Shown: positions 19,849-30,923, numbered from the stretch's first letter. The stretch: 64,000 bases of DNA from Candidatus Marinacidobacterales bacterium (GCA_965219415.1 OZ244742.1:288001-352000); one strand, 5' to 3'. The notes: a model not told the origin generated them from the letters alone. Made by a program: numbers and translations.

Positions 19849-20797
19849 ATGAAAAATTTGTTGAGGCAGTCCGTTTTTCTCATGACTCTAACGACAGGCG
19901 TTGCCGGCGCACAAACGAAACCGGTTCTTCTCGACGTCGACACCAGGCTACGCAACGCCCTGCAACTCGTGGAACTGGCGGGACGGTCCGACATCCCAGT
20001 GGCGCGTGGGGCCGAAGCGCCCATGGTTGGTCAACTGGTCACCTCGACACACGTACATGGCAAATCGGGTCTGGGCAACATAGAGCTCCCCCCGCCGACG
20101 ACCAAACCGTATGCAGGCAGCGCGGTCGATCTCATCGTCACGAAGATCGAAGAGTATCCAGGTCGGCTCACGTTGATTCCGGTGGGTCCTCTCACCAACA
20201 TCGCGCTGGCTTTGAAGCTGCGCCCCGACCTCATTGCTGACATCAAGGAGATCGTGCTAATGGGCGGGTCTATCACCGGTGGGAACATCACACCAGCCGC
20301 CGAGTTCAACATCTACAACGATCCCGAAGCCGCCGACATGGTCTTTCACTCCGGCGTTCCCATCGTGATGGTGGGGCTCGATGTAACGGAGAAGACGGTT
20401 TTGAAGCCGGAAGACCTGCAAGGAATTTCAAGGACTGCCAGTCAAGCAAACAAACAAACTGGTGTGGGGTCTTACCGACTATCACCACACCGAGCGCGGC
20501 GCCGCAGGCCTCACGATGCACGATCCGTTGGCGGTCGGCGTGGTCATCGATCCGAGCTTCGTGACTACCGAGAGCCTACATGTGGGCGTGGAGACTCAAG
20601 GGGAGAAGACTCGCGGAGAGACTGTCGCCGCGCGCAAAGGCTTCATGCTGGAGTTCAAGGAGGGCCACGGCGTTCGGACCGTCGTCGGGCGGACGGAGTT
20701 GAAAACGAACACCGAGGTGTGCGTGGGAGTTGACTCAGATCGGTTCATCCGCTTTTTCGTCGAGCGCGTGTTGACGGGTTCGGCAACCCAAGAATAA
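19849..20797 (+). pseudogene. Nucleoside hydrolase (IUNH) with internal deletion at ~19945 and frameshift at ~20450
   Basis: HGKSGLG, VGPLTNIA, AEFNIYNDPEAA, HDPLAV; LDVDT runs directly into RLRNAL, so the DxDxxxDD motif is incomplete. Confidence 0.8.
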
Positions 20798-20814
20798 CTA
20801 CGGCAACCTCTGTC

Positions 20815-21939
20815 TCATTCCGCGTGCCCGACGTTGAGGTTCCCCAGAGCATCCATGTCCTTGAGGCCCCAGCCAGTGAGGGGCAACAAGGGGCGCTCCG
20901 CTTCCCCTCCATTGTCTTTCCACTCCCGGTGGCCGGCTAGAACTGCCGCCGAGGTCGGTTCCACCAAGAACCCGGCTCTCGCCAAGTCGCGCTGAGCGAC
21001 CCGGATCTGGTCGTCGCCGATGACTACGACCGTTCCTGACGTGGCGAGAATGGCATCCGCCACTTGGGCGAGCCGTACCGGCTCGTGTACAGCAATGCCT
21101 TTCGCAATGGTGCGCTCCTCTCTCGGCTCCGCCCGCTTCCCTGTCACCCGACTATAAACGGGAGCATGGGACGCGACTTGGATCCCCACCAAACGAGGCA
21201 TCGTCTCGATCCAACCGAGCGCCTTCATCTCGCTGAAACCCTTGAAGCTTCCTAGAATCAGCGATCCGTTCCCGATTGGATAGAAGATAGCGTCCGGCAA
21301 GGGCTCCGCCTGCTCGAATAACTCGTAAGCAAACGTCTTGGTTCCCTGAAGGAAAAAGGGCTGCCAGTTATGGCTTGCGTAAAAAATGTCATCCGAGCGT
21401 CGAAGGGCTTCGGCTGCGACGTCGTCCCGGCTTCCCGCCACGCGTTCCAGAACCGCACCGTAGCTCTCGATCTGAAGCGCCTTTTCCAAGGGCACACTCT
21501 CGGGAACTAAGACTCGACATTTGATCCCCGCCGCCGCGGCATAGGCAGCGAGAGAGCATCCGGCGTTGCCCGAGCTATCCTCTAGAATTTCCCCGACCCC
21601 CATTTCCCTTAAACGGCTCAGCAGTACAGACGCGCCGCGATCCTTGAAAGACCCGGTCGGGGCGAGGTACTCGGCTTTCAAGAGAACGCGCGTCCCATCC
21701 AATTCTGTATCCAGAAGGGGCGTCATCCCCTCGCCCAGGCTCACGATCGCCTTTTGGTCCCCGAGCGGAATGACGTCTCGATAACGCCACAGCGACCCGT
21801 CATCCGAAGAAAAACCATCGCTTGGCAGGGACAGCTGTAGTTGGACGTCCAGCGCTCCGCCACAAGAACACCGAAAGCCTGTGAAGTCGCGATCCACTTC
21901 GCGTTCACAGCCAACACACTTCAACGTCCAGGAAGTCAT
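20815..21939 (-). CDS. thrC: Threonine synthase-like PLP enzyme
   Basis: SLGEGMTPL, PTGSFKDRG, SSGNAG, VEPTSA. Confidence 0.8.
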   Translation of the reverse strand: MTSWTLKCVGCEREVDRDFTGFRCSCGGALDVQLQLSLPSDGFSSDDGSLWRYRDVIPLGDQKAIVSLGEGMTPLLDTELDGTRVLLKAEYLAPTGSFKDRGASVLLSRLREMGVGEILEDSSGNAGCSLAAYAAAAGIKCRVLVPESVPLEKALQIESYGAVLERVAGSRDDVAAEALRRSDDIFYASHNWQPFFLQGTKTFAYELFEQAEPLPDAIFYPIGNGSLILGSFKGFSEMKALGWIETMPRLVGIQVASHAPVYSRVTGKRAEPREERTIAKGIAVHEPVRLAQVADAILATSGTVVVIGDDQIRVAQRDLARAGFLVEPTSAAVLAGHREWKDNGGEAERPLLPLTGWGLKDMDALGNLNVGHAE

Positions 21940-22035
21940 CCCTGCGGATCATGATCGAACAGTGGTTAAACTTCAACCCCGACGCGTCGAAAAGATGGTA
22001 GAGTGGTTCGTTCGAGCGCGCTCAGGAAGGTGCGA

Positions 22036-22607
22036 ATGACCAGGAGGTGGGTAATAGCTCTCGCACTGCTCGTGTCTGTGATGTCGTTCACAGAGACAGC
22101 AGCCGCGGAAGGCCAAGCGTCGATCTACATTGGCCGCACGTTTACCAGTGCACTGTTCTTGGAAAACATGACGACATTCGGCGGCACCGTCGGTGCCTAC
22201 GGCGGAATTGTCGGTTTCGAGTTCGGGCTCGAGTATTCACCGCAGTCCAACTTCCAAGTGCCCTTTCTGGATCTCGGCGCCTCTCTCACCAACATCATGG
22301 GTAACTTGGTGGTGCAAATACCCATCGGTGAGTTCTACCCCTACGGCACCTTCGGCTACGGTGTCGTCATAGCTAACGCCGGCTCGGACGTTCCCGACGA
22401 GTTTCTGGGACCAATGGGGCCTTCAACTTCGGTTTCGGCGCCAAGGTTTTTTTCACCCGGAGCGTAGGGCTGAGGCCCGACTACCGCCGGTTTGCGATCC
22501 AAACGGGAGACGAAAACCCGGATCTTGGAATACCATTCACCGGCATCAAGATCGAAGCTAGCCCGGATTTGAACCGCTCCGTGGGCGACGTCACGTTCCG
22601 TTTCTGA
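22036..22607 (+). pseudogene. Outer-membrane beta-barrel protein, frameshifted near ~22410 and beyond
   Basis: Signal peptide, amphipathic strands (FYPYGTFGYG); terminal VTFRF-stop in another frame. Confidence 0.55.
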
Positions 22608-22629
22608 CGTCGTTTCCCTCGTCAATCGG

Positions 22630-24498
22630 TTAGAACTGTCCGAGCGTCCCCTCTCTTCTCGCCTGCCGCAAGGCGTGGCGGAAGGCGAGGAGCCCAAGGG
22701 GCAGCAACGCCAGGGCGAAGACCACCAAGATGCCGAGCTCTCGCGCAACTCCCTCGACTCCGCTTCCGAGCAAAAGCGCCTTCCGCATTGCGTCAAGGGC
22801 TATAAGTGATAGGTAGAGCCCGAGAGATTATTTGCAACGATTCAGGCAGGACCTCAATGGGGAAATACACTCCACCGAACAGCGTCGCCGCGGCGTTGAT
22901 CAGAAAATTCACCGGATCGCCTCGCTTCACGGTCATCATGAAAGCCGCCGAGACCATACCCAAAGCGGCGAACGAGGCCATGGTCGGGATCATGATCAGG
23001 AGCGCCACCGGTATGTTCATTCGGCTGAAGGATAAGCCGCCCATCAAGACTCCGAGCAATAGATAGCCCGCCACGGTAACCGTGTGGTAAATAAAAGTGA
23101 AACTCGTCGTGGCTCCAAGCAGAGTTGGACAGGTTCAGCGGACTCGCCAAGAGCATCTCCAGCGTGCCCATCATTTGCTCTGCTCTTAGAGATCCCGCGA
23201 AATGGTTGAGCGCCACTCCCAAATAACCGCGGAAAGCGATTCCAATCAAGATGAAGGGGAAGAAATCCGTACCATATTGCTGAAGCACAGGGACCCGAGC
23301 CTCGGTGACCAACTGCGCGAGGTAGAAAAAGACCGCGACATTGAAAAGGATCCCAAAGAAGCCCAGCGCGAAAGCAAATCGATAAGAAAGGTGGAGGCGC
23401 ACGTCGCGACGTAGAAAGGCGGCGAACTGCACGAGCTTCCGCTCCGGGGACCGCTTGCTCGGCGCGCTCGGGGGACGGGGTGTTTGGAACGGAGCCCCGG
23501 TCTCGTCGTTCGATTCCACTTCTTGGAGAGCCAATTCCGTAGCCTCGGAGGGGTTGTGTGGTTGGATGCCTTGGACTCGCCCCCCCATCCCGTGGAGACC
23601 GGTCACCAGGTCGCCGATCACGGCACCCGCCTCCAACTCCACGTGGAGCTCATTGAGCTGACCGCTCCCGACGACTCGACCTCGGGCCAAACCAGGTGCC
23701 TGCTCCCAACCTTCCACCGAGCGCTCGAGGCGAACGGTATAACGGGCGATGCGATCGACGTCTCCCCCGCGGCGTCGGAGCTCCGACGGGCTCCCATCGA
23801 AACCGACTTGGCCCCGAGCGCATGACCAGAAAACGTCTGCACAGTTTTTCGGCTTCGGCAAGATCGTGTGTCACCAGAAGCACCGCGGTCTTCTCTTCTG
23901 TTACCAGCTGCTCGATCGCGGTATGAAGCGACTGGCTTTCCACTGGATCGATACTACGGGTGGGCTCATCCAACAGCAGAAGGCGCGGACGATGGAGGAA
24001 GGCCCGAGCCAGTGCGAGCCGTTGCTTCATCCCCGACGAGCAAGCGTCGAACCGCCGATCGATGAAGGAGTCGAGCCGAAACACGGAGGACAACTGCGCA
24101 AGCCGCTTGGCCGCTTCGCCCAACTCGATGCCATGCATCGCGGCAAAGAACGCGAGATTCTCGCGACCGGTAAGACGCCAATAGAAGCTCCTTTCCTCGC
24201 TGGTAACCAAACCGATGGAACGTCGAACCTCGATCTCCTCACCGAGCGGATGGCCCGCGATGACCGCTTCCCCTCCGTCAGGCATCACGAGTGTGGCTAG
24301 CGTCTTGAGGAGGGTCATCTTCCCCGCGCCATTGGGCCCGAGGAGCGCAACCACCTCACCTTCCTCTAGAGCAAAGCTGACCCCGTTGAGGGCGAGCGTA
24401 GGCGAGTCGGTCGGCCGCAGGCGACCGCGCAGCAAATCGACGAGACGGAGACGAGGTCGGAACATCTTGACGAGCTCGTTGCACCAGAGAGCCACCAT
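22630..24498 (-). pseudogene. ABC-2 exporter, apparent NBD-TMD fusion, with at least 3 frameshifts (~23815, ~23100, ~22795)
   Basis: GPNGAGKMT, SSGMKQR, LLLDEPT, VTHD; no stop before permease text (GTLEMLLASP, GGVYFPIEVLP, ALPITY). Confidence 0.75.
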
Positions 24499-24595
24499 GA
24501 ACCTTCAAGCTAACAGAACAACTGACGGTAATAAAGGTTCATCGGGTGGGTCCCTGTTAGGAAGCCAGGAAGCCAAACCATCGAGGCCCGACCCT

Positions 24596-24624
24596 TTGAC
24601 TCTATTCTGGCTGCGGGCTAATAT
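24596..24624 (+). promoter_or_regulatory. Sigma70 promoter upstream of the cystathionine gamma-synthase/lyase gene
   Basis: TTGACT-17 bp-TAATAT. Confidence 0.6.
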
Positions 24625-24742
24625 CGCCTCCCCGATACGAGAGGGTTGAGGCTCTCTAAACGCTCAGCAGGCTGAATCAATGCGACGATCGCACTTTCGC
24701 TCATTCAATTGTTGGACCGCGTAGACAGGAGGAAATCCGGTC

Positions 24743-25882
24743 ATGGGCTTTGCCACAGACGCCATCCACGCGGGTCAGGAACCCGATCCGACCACCGGGG
24801 CTATCATCACCCCGATCTATCAAACTTCGACCTACGTGCAGGAAGGGCTGGGGCGCCATCAGGGCTTCGAGTACGCCCGGACTCAGAATCCAACGCGTTC
24901 CGCGGTGGAGGCCAACATCGCAACTCTCGAAAAGGGAGTCGGGGCACTCGCCTTTTCGTCCGGCATGGCTGCCATTTCCGCGGTTCTTACGTTCGTGAAG
25001 CAGGGCGAGCGAGTCGTCGTCACCGAAGATCTCTACGGGGGTACCTACCGGCTGTTCGAACGACTGTTAACGCAATTTGGGATACGCTTCTCCTACGTCG
25101 ATTCGTCTCGATTCGACGAAGTGGAAAAAGCGATGGGAGAGGACGTCACGCTGGTATTTCTCGAGACGCCCACGAACCCCATCCTCCGGCTTACCGACGT
25201 CAAGGCGGTCAGTGATCTTGCCCATCGCTTCAATGCCCGGGTGGTGGTGGACAATACGTTCATGAGTCCGTACTTCCAACTCCCGCTGGAACTGGGAGCG
25301 GATCTGGTTCTGCACAGCACGACCAAGTATATGAACGGACACAGCGACAGCCTCGGCGGGGTTGTGGTCGCGGCGCGAAAAGAGGACGTGGAACACCTCG
25401 CGTTTGTGCAAAACGCGGTAGGGGCGATCCTGTCTCCGTTCGACTCTTGGCTGCTGCTACGCGGCACCAAGACACTCGCCCTTCGGATGGAGCGGCACAA
25501 CACGAACGCCATCGCCTTGGCGGCGTTTCTTGCCAGCCATCCCAAGGTCCAGAAGCTCTACTACCCCGGACTCCCAGACCATCCCGGCCATGAGCTGGCG
25601 AAGAAACAAATGAGCGGTTTCGGCGGGATGCTGTCCTTCGAAGCGGGCTCCTTAAGGGCAGCGCAGACCGTTCTTGAAGGGGCGAGAGTCTTTTCATTGG
25701 CCGAGAGCCTCGGCGGCGTAGAAAGCTTAATCTCGCATCCTGCGACCATGACCCACGCATCCATTCCGGTCGAAGATCGCCGGCGCTACGGGGTGACGGA
25801 CGGGCTGGTTCGACTTTCCGTGGGGGTCGAGGACCTGGAGGATCTGCAGGCGGATCTGGAGCAGGCCCTAGCGAAAGCCTGA
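24743..25882 (+). CDS. Cystathionine gamma-synthase/gamma-lyase (Cys/Met metabolism PLP enzyme)
   Basis: PIYQTSTY, YARTQNPTR, ETPTNP, DNTF, HSTTKY, AESLGGVESL. Confidence 0.92.
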   Translation: MGFATDAIHAGQEPDPTTGAIITPIYQTSTYVQEGLGRHQGFEYARTQNPTRSAVEANIATLEKGVGALAFSSGMAAISAVLTFVKQGERVVVTEDLYGGTYRLFERLLTQFGIRFSYVDSSRFDEVEKAMGEDVTLVFLETPTNPILRLTDVKAVSDLAHRFNARVVVDNTFMSPYFQLPLELGADLVLHSTTKYMNGHSDSLGGVVVAARKEDVEHLAFVQNAVGAILSPFDSWLLLRGTKTLALRMERHNTNAIALAAFLASHPKVQKLYYPGLPDHPGHELAKKQMSGFGGMLSFEAGSLRAAQTVLEGARVFSLAESLGGVESLISHPATMTHASIPVEDRRRYGVTDGLVRLSVGVEDLEDLQADLEQALAKA

Positions 25883-25897
25883 GGCACGAAGCGGCGA

Positions 25898-27332
25898 GAG
25901 TCAAGCCCATTCTTAGTTGAAACTCTCCACGGCTCACGTTTAAGCGACCTTCTTCTTCGATACGGTTGATGTCTTCGCCTCGATCTTCAGTTCCCGCTTG
26001 AGAGCTTCGCGAAGCTTGGGAAGATGGCGGTAGCCCACCACCTTCCTCAAGCGCGGTTCGATGTCTACGAGCGCCGTTGCCAACCAGCGCTGGCGTTGGC
26101 TCGAGTTCTTCCAGTGGTCGACCTTCGCGCAGCGTTCCTCGACGAGAGCATTGACGGACTCAAGGCAGTTCGTCGTCTTGAACGAACGGCCCAGCACCGC
26201 GTGCACGCCGAGTCGATGCAACGTCAGCGTCTCCTCGAGGCCTTCCTCCAGGCTGCCAGCTGCGGATTGGTTCCGCTCTTCTAACTCACCGTGGAGTTGC
26301 TCGAGCGCAGTGAGGGCCTCTTCGTACTCCGGCCTGTTGTAGGCCCACTGGAGCCGCTTGCGCCATGACGCCTGCTCGCCCTTGGACAGGTAGCTCACTA
26401 CGTTTTCACGTTTGTGCCACTGGCAGCGTTGTATCAGGGCCCGCTTACGGAATGCCTTCTTGACTGCCGCTTGGAGACCCTTGCCGCCGTCGATGATCAC
26501 CAGCAGACCCTGGGAGATATCGAGTCCCCGCTCGAGCAGTGAACGCAGGAACGGCGTCAACACCTGCGCGTTCTCCGTGTCCGTCTCCACGAAGCCCAAG
26601 AAGCGTTTTTCCCCGCAAAGCGTGATGCCCAGAGCCACGACCATCGTTGCCTCGGCGAATGTCTTCCCATCCAGAAACAGCGCCACCACATCCTCGCCGG
26701 TCAGATCCCGTTCCTGCATCTCCCGCAGCTTCGCAGCGCTCGCTTGCACGAACCCTCGGGACACCGTTGAGCTCGACAGCCCGATGGCGCCCGGAATCGC
26801 TTCCGCTGCCGCCTCGTAGTTGCGACAAGAGATTCCGTAGAGAACTCGTTTCAGCAGAAGATCATTCACCTCACCGCCGTGGCTCACCGCCTCGTAGCAG
26901 CGAAGCGGAATCTCTCCTCCCTCGATGCTCCGAACCCGTGGCACACGGATCGGTACCCGCTGGCCGCCAAGCCCTACCGTGCCCGGGTTGCTTCCGGGAC
27001 GGCGACCGCGCTCCAGCTCGTCCTTGCGAGAGTATCGCTCTCCCGCCAACGCCTTCACTTCGTCGTCGAGCAACTCGTGAACGTGCATTAGACCAAGGGG
27101 GACCAACCAACGGATCATCTCTACCTTGGCGTCCAGCGCGAGTTCCCCGTAATCCTCGTGCCTCACCATCTCGACCTCACCCAAACGACGCGACTTCTTG
27201 CGTTTCTTGACCGAACGTAGCAGACTTCCCATCTCGGCTCCTTTCTTCGCGGCTTGATTTTGTTTTGTCCAACGCCATCAAACCACGGGGTTTGGAGCCG
27301 TTTCAATTCCCAACTAAGATTGGCACACTTTC
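25898..27332 (-). mobile_element. IS256-family element type A, copy 1 (1435 bp)
   Basis: Ends defined by identity with 59304-60738; imperfect IRs sharing CCA.TCTTAGTTG; flanks GCGGCGA / GCGGGCGA (near-perfect target duplication). Confidence 0.9.
25940..27232 (-). CDS. IS256-family (mutator-type) DDE transposase
   Basis: FLDGK, IIDGGKGL, RCQWHK, TTNCLES. Confidence 0.9.
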   Translation of the reverse strand: MGSLLRSVKKRKKSRRLGEVEMVRHEDYGELALDAKVEMIRWLVPLGLMHVHELLDDEVKALAGERYSRKDELERGRRPGSNPGTVGLGGQRVPIRVPRVRSIEGGEIPLRCYEAVSHGGEVNDLLLKRVLYGISCRNYEAAAEAIPGAIGLSSSTVSRGFVQASAAKLREMQERDLTGEDVVALFLDGKTFAEATMVVALGITLCGEKRFLGFVETDTENAQVLTPFLRSLLERGLDISQGLLVIIDGGKGLQAAVKKAFRKRALIQRCQWHKRENVVSYLSKGEQASWRKRLQWAYNRPEYEEALTALEQLHGELEERNQSAAGSLEEGLEETLTLHRLGVHAVLGRSFKTTNCLESVNALVEERCAKVDHWKNSSQRQRWLATALVDIEPRLRKVVGYRHLPKLREALKRELKIEAKTSTVSKKKVA

Positions 27333-27344
27333 GCGGGCGACCCG

Positions 27345-27662
27345 TCAACCGACATTCTCATCGACCCAGGATAGGTAGGCCTGCGATCCCCGCTCGATGG
27401 GGATCGCAATGACCTCTGGTACGTCGTACGGGTGGAGCTCTTGAATGGCCGTCTCCAGCTCGGTGTAGCGATCGGCGCGCGTTTTCATCAGCAGCAACCG
27501 TTCGGACTCGTCTTGCACGTTTCCCTTCCACCGGAAGAGGCTCCGCACCGGACCGAGCACGTTCACGCAGGCCACCAGTCGTTTCACGACTAGGCTTCGG
27601 CCCAAACGGGCGGCGTCCTCCTCGCTTCCAATCGTCGTAAGAACTAGTAGGTGATGCGACAC
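27345..27662 (-). CDS. cutA: Divalent-cation tolerance protein CutA
   Basis: LVACVN, SLFRWKG, LHPYDVPEVI, YLSWV. Confidence 0.9.
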   Translation of the reverse strand: MSHHLLVLTTIGSEEDAARLGRSLVVKRLVACVNVLGPVRSLFRWKGNVQDESERLLLMKTRADRYTELETAIQELHPYDVPEVIAIPIERGSQAYLSWVDENVG

Positions 27663-27779
27663 GGGATGGCTCCGTGAGAGGACCGTAACATAATCCATCC
27701 AGGGTTGGCGATTCCCAATGTTCTCAGATACGTTATAAGATACGATGTAGATCAGACACCTAACTGAACTCCAAGTCAC

Positions 27780-28184
27780 ATGTCGCTCGTGCGGTCGAAG
27801 TCCAATCCTAGCTCCCCAAGCGATGGAGGGCCGTCGAGATCCCGTCAAGTCTCAAAGACCGAGACCTCGTTGAAACGCAAGGCGCTGAGCCTCGCGCTCT
27901 TCCTCATCTTGGCGGCTTCCGCGTTGAACGCGCTCTTCGGTGACCGTGGACTACTAGAGCTTCTCAAAGTGCGGGAGGAGGTCCAGTCTCTCGACCGTGA
28001 GATCGCAATGCTCCGCGCGGAAAACCAAAGGATTTTGGAAGAAATACGCTCCTTGAAGACGTCCCCGATGGCGGTGGAACGCCTCGCCCGTGAGAACCTC
28101 GGCCTCGTCAAACCGGGCGAAGTCGTTCTTCTGATAAGGGAAACCGGAGACGGTCCCACCCCCAGGGGCGATCGCAAGAACTAA
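27780..28184 (+). CDS. ftsB: Septum formation initiator (FtsB/DivIC family); start may be TTG ~27870
   Basis: TM helix, FGDRGL, coiled coil, ERLARENLGLVKPGE. Confidence 0.8.
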   Translation: MSLVRSKSNPSSPSDGGPSRSRQVSKTETSLKRKALSLALFLILAASALNALFGDRGLLELLKVREEVQSLDREIAMLRAENQRILEEIRSLKTSPMAVERLARENLGLVKPGEVVLLIRETGDGPTPRGDRKN

Positions 28185-28197
28185 CGCTGCTAGATTT

Positions 28198-29094
28198 CTA
28201 CGCCTCCTGAGTTTGTTCTTTACCTCTCGCACCAGCCAAAAGTGCTGCCAATTCCCCACCCCAGAGGAGTAACGCCGCCGATAGGTTGATCCAGATGGCG
28301 AACACCACGACCGATTCCAACGTCCCATAGGTCATCCCGTAATTAGCAAACTGCCCTACGTAGAGCGTGAACGCGTTCTTCAGTCCTTCCCAAAGCGTCC
28401 CGGTCACTAGCCCAGCAACGATAGCGGACCGCAACGGCACCAAGGTGGCAGGCACCACCTTGTACACGAAGCCGAAAGTAAACACCGTCACTAGCCACGG
28501 AATCAGATACCGGGTGGTGGCGTTGTTTATGGTCAGATAGAGCGGGTTAGAGCGAGCTCCCGCCAAATCGGTAGAATCCAGGAAACGATTGAGGGCGCTC
28601 ACCGCTCCGGCGAAGACAATCGACGCGACGAGGATGACCGCGAGAAGCGCCACAAGACCAAAAGCGAAAATCTTGCGGACCGGGAATGACCTCCGTTTTT
28701 CTACTTGGAACACGTGGTCCAGAGCTTGTTCGACTTTGGAGAACACCTTGCTCGCGGTCCAAAGAGAGAACAGGAAAAAGGGCCAGCCGAATCGCGCCGC
28801 CTGGCTACCGACCTTCTGCGCTTGAGCAAACACATCCTCACCGAGAAGCACCACGAGATCTTTGAGGAGGACCTCGACCCCTTTTTCGGCCGCATCCACC
28901 GAACCGATGGCCGCGGCTCCGAACGCTACGAGCAGAATTGTAAGCGGCAACAACGAGAGCAGGGCAAAGTAGGAAATGTAGGCGGCTTGATCGAAGCAGC
29001 CGTCGCGGTGGAAGTTCCGGGTGGCGTCGAACAGCAAACCCCCAACCCGGCGAGCCAAACCCTTACCCTTCTCGATGAGAGCGTCTCCGAACAT
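28198..29094 (-). CDS. YihY/BrkB family membrane protein
   Basis: AAYISYFALLSLLP, YKVVP, YGTL...WINLS...GGEL. Confidence 0.85.
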   Translation of the reverse strand: MFGDALIEKGKGLARRVGGLLFDATRNFHRDGCFDQAAYISYFALLSLLPLTILLVAFGAAAIGSVDAAEKGVEVLLKDLVVLLGEDVFAQAQKVGSQAARFGWPFFLFSLWTASKVFSKVEQALDHVFQVEKRRSFPVRKIFAFGLVALLAVILVASIVFAGAVSALNRFLDSTDLAGARSNPLYLTINNATTRYLIPWLVTVFTFGFVYKVVPATLVPLRSAIVAGLVTGTLWEGLKNAFTLYVGQFANYGMTYGTLESVVVFAIWINLSAALLLWGGELAALLAGARGKEQTQEA

Positions 29095-29170
29095 GGACCG
29101 ACATTCAATCAAGTCTGCCCCCCGGTGGCAAGCTTGAAGAGCAGCCCGAGTCGAGAATAAGCTAGACGTC

Positions 29171-30875
29171 GTGCAACGAGCTCTGGGCCCGGCCATCCTA
29201 ATCCTGACCTCCCTCCTCTCCAGCGACAGACCCTTACGGACGGCCTCTCGGGCGCCGGTTCGCGGTACCCGCGGCATGGTGGTCTCTACCAGCGCCATCG
29301 CCTCCGAGGTCGGGATCGAGATCCTGAAAAAGGGCGGCAACGCCGTCGACGCTGCGGTAGCGGTGGGATTCGCACTAGCCGTCACCCATCCCTCGGCGGG
29401 AAACATCGGTGGCGGAGGGTTCTTGGTATTTCACGACGCCGCGAGCGGCGAGAGCTTCACCTACGATTACCGCGAAATGTCGCCCGCCCGTGCCCACCGC
29501 AACATGTATGTCGACCAGACCGGTGCCATCGTTCCCGAGCTCAGCACCGTCGGTCACTTGTCGACGGGTGTCCCGGGGACAGTGGCGGGTCTTTTGTTGG
29601 CACTCGAAAAGCACGGACGCCTCGTACGCCAAACGGTACTGGCACCGGGGATTCGTCTTGCGGAAGAGGGCTTCCCAGTTAGTTACGCCCTCTCCCAATC
29701 GCTCGAGGCGGCGGCATCGCTTCTTTCCCGCTTTCCGGAGAGCCGACGCATCTTCCTAAGGAACGGAAACTACTTCGAGGAAGGCGAGATCCTCGTTCAA
29801 AAGGAGCTGGGAGCCACTCTGCGGCGGATCTCGGAGCTTGGAGCCGCCGGCTTTTACGAAGGGGACATCGCCGCGCTGGTGGCCGAGGAGATGCAACGCG
29901 GTGGGGGCCTCATCACCGAAGAGGACATGAAAAACTATCGACCCGTGAGACGGGATCCGATCGTGAGTACTTACCGCGAGCATAGCATCGTATCCATGGG
30001 GCCACCGAGCTCCGGAGGTGTGATCCTCTCTCGGAGATGCTCAACATGGTGGAGCCTGAGGATTTGCGCTATCTGGGATGCAACTCATCCACCTACGTCC
30101 ATCTGCTCGCGGAAGTCATGAAGCGGGCATTTGCGGATCGCGCTCACTATCTAGGCGACGCCGATTTCTCTCCCGTTCCGTTCCGAGGACTGATATCGAA
30201 GGAGTACGCGCAAAAACGTCGGGCCGACATCAATCCCGACCGAACCACACTGGCGAGTGACTTGGGCCCAGGGGACCCTTTGCCATTCGAGAGTGAGGAG
30301 ACCACACACTTTTCCGTCGTCGACCGGGAGGGCAACGCGGTCGCCAATACGTACACGTTGAACGGAGGGTACGGGTCCGGGCTCACCGTTCCCGGGGCGG
30401 GTTTCCTCTTGAACAACGAAATGGATGATTTCACTTCCAAGCCAGGCGTCCCGAACCAATACGGGCTCATCCAGGGAGAGGCTAACTCGATTGGCCCAAG
30501 AAAGCGGCCCCTCTCGGCTATGACTCCGACGATCGTCCTCAAGGACGGCAAGGTGCTGCTGGTGACCGGAAGCCGGGGGGGCCCGCCATCATCAATACGG
30601 TGTTTCAAATCGTCCTCAACGTCATCGATCACGGACTGAACGTGCAGCAAGCTGTCGATTCGCCTCGCTTCCACCACCAGTGGTTTCCCGACGTGCTCCG
30701 GTACGAAGAGCATGGTTTGGTTCGCGATGTGGAAGAGGCTCTACGGGCAAAGGGGCATAAGCTCGCTCCAGGAACGAGCATCGGTGACGCGCACAGTATC
30801 TATGTGAATCCCAAAACGGAAAACCGTCTCGGGGCGGCCGACCCTCGAATGGACGGCAAAGCGGTAGGCTACTAA
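29171..30875 (+). pseudogene. ggt: Gamma-glutamyltransferase; frameshifts at ~30030 and ~30580
   Basis: GGNAVDAAVA, PPSSGG, ETTHFS (catalytic Thr), LLNNEMDDF, RPLSAMTP, GAADPR over three frames. Confidence 0.88.
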
Positions 30876-30923
30876 CAGCCACTTGCGGCGCCCGACAGAA
30901 TAAAGCTCGCGAAGCGTTGACCC

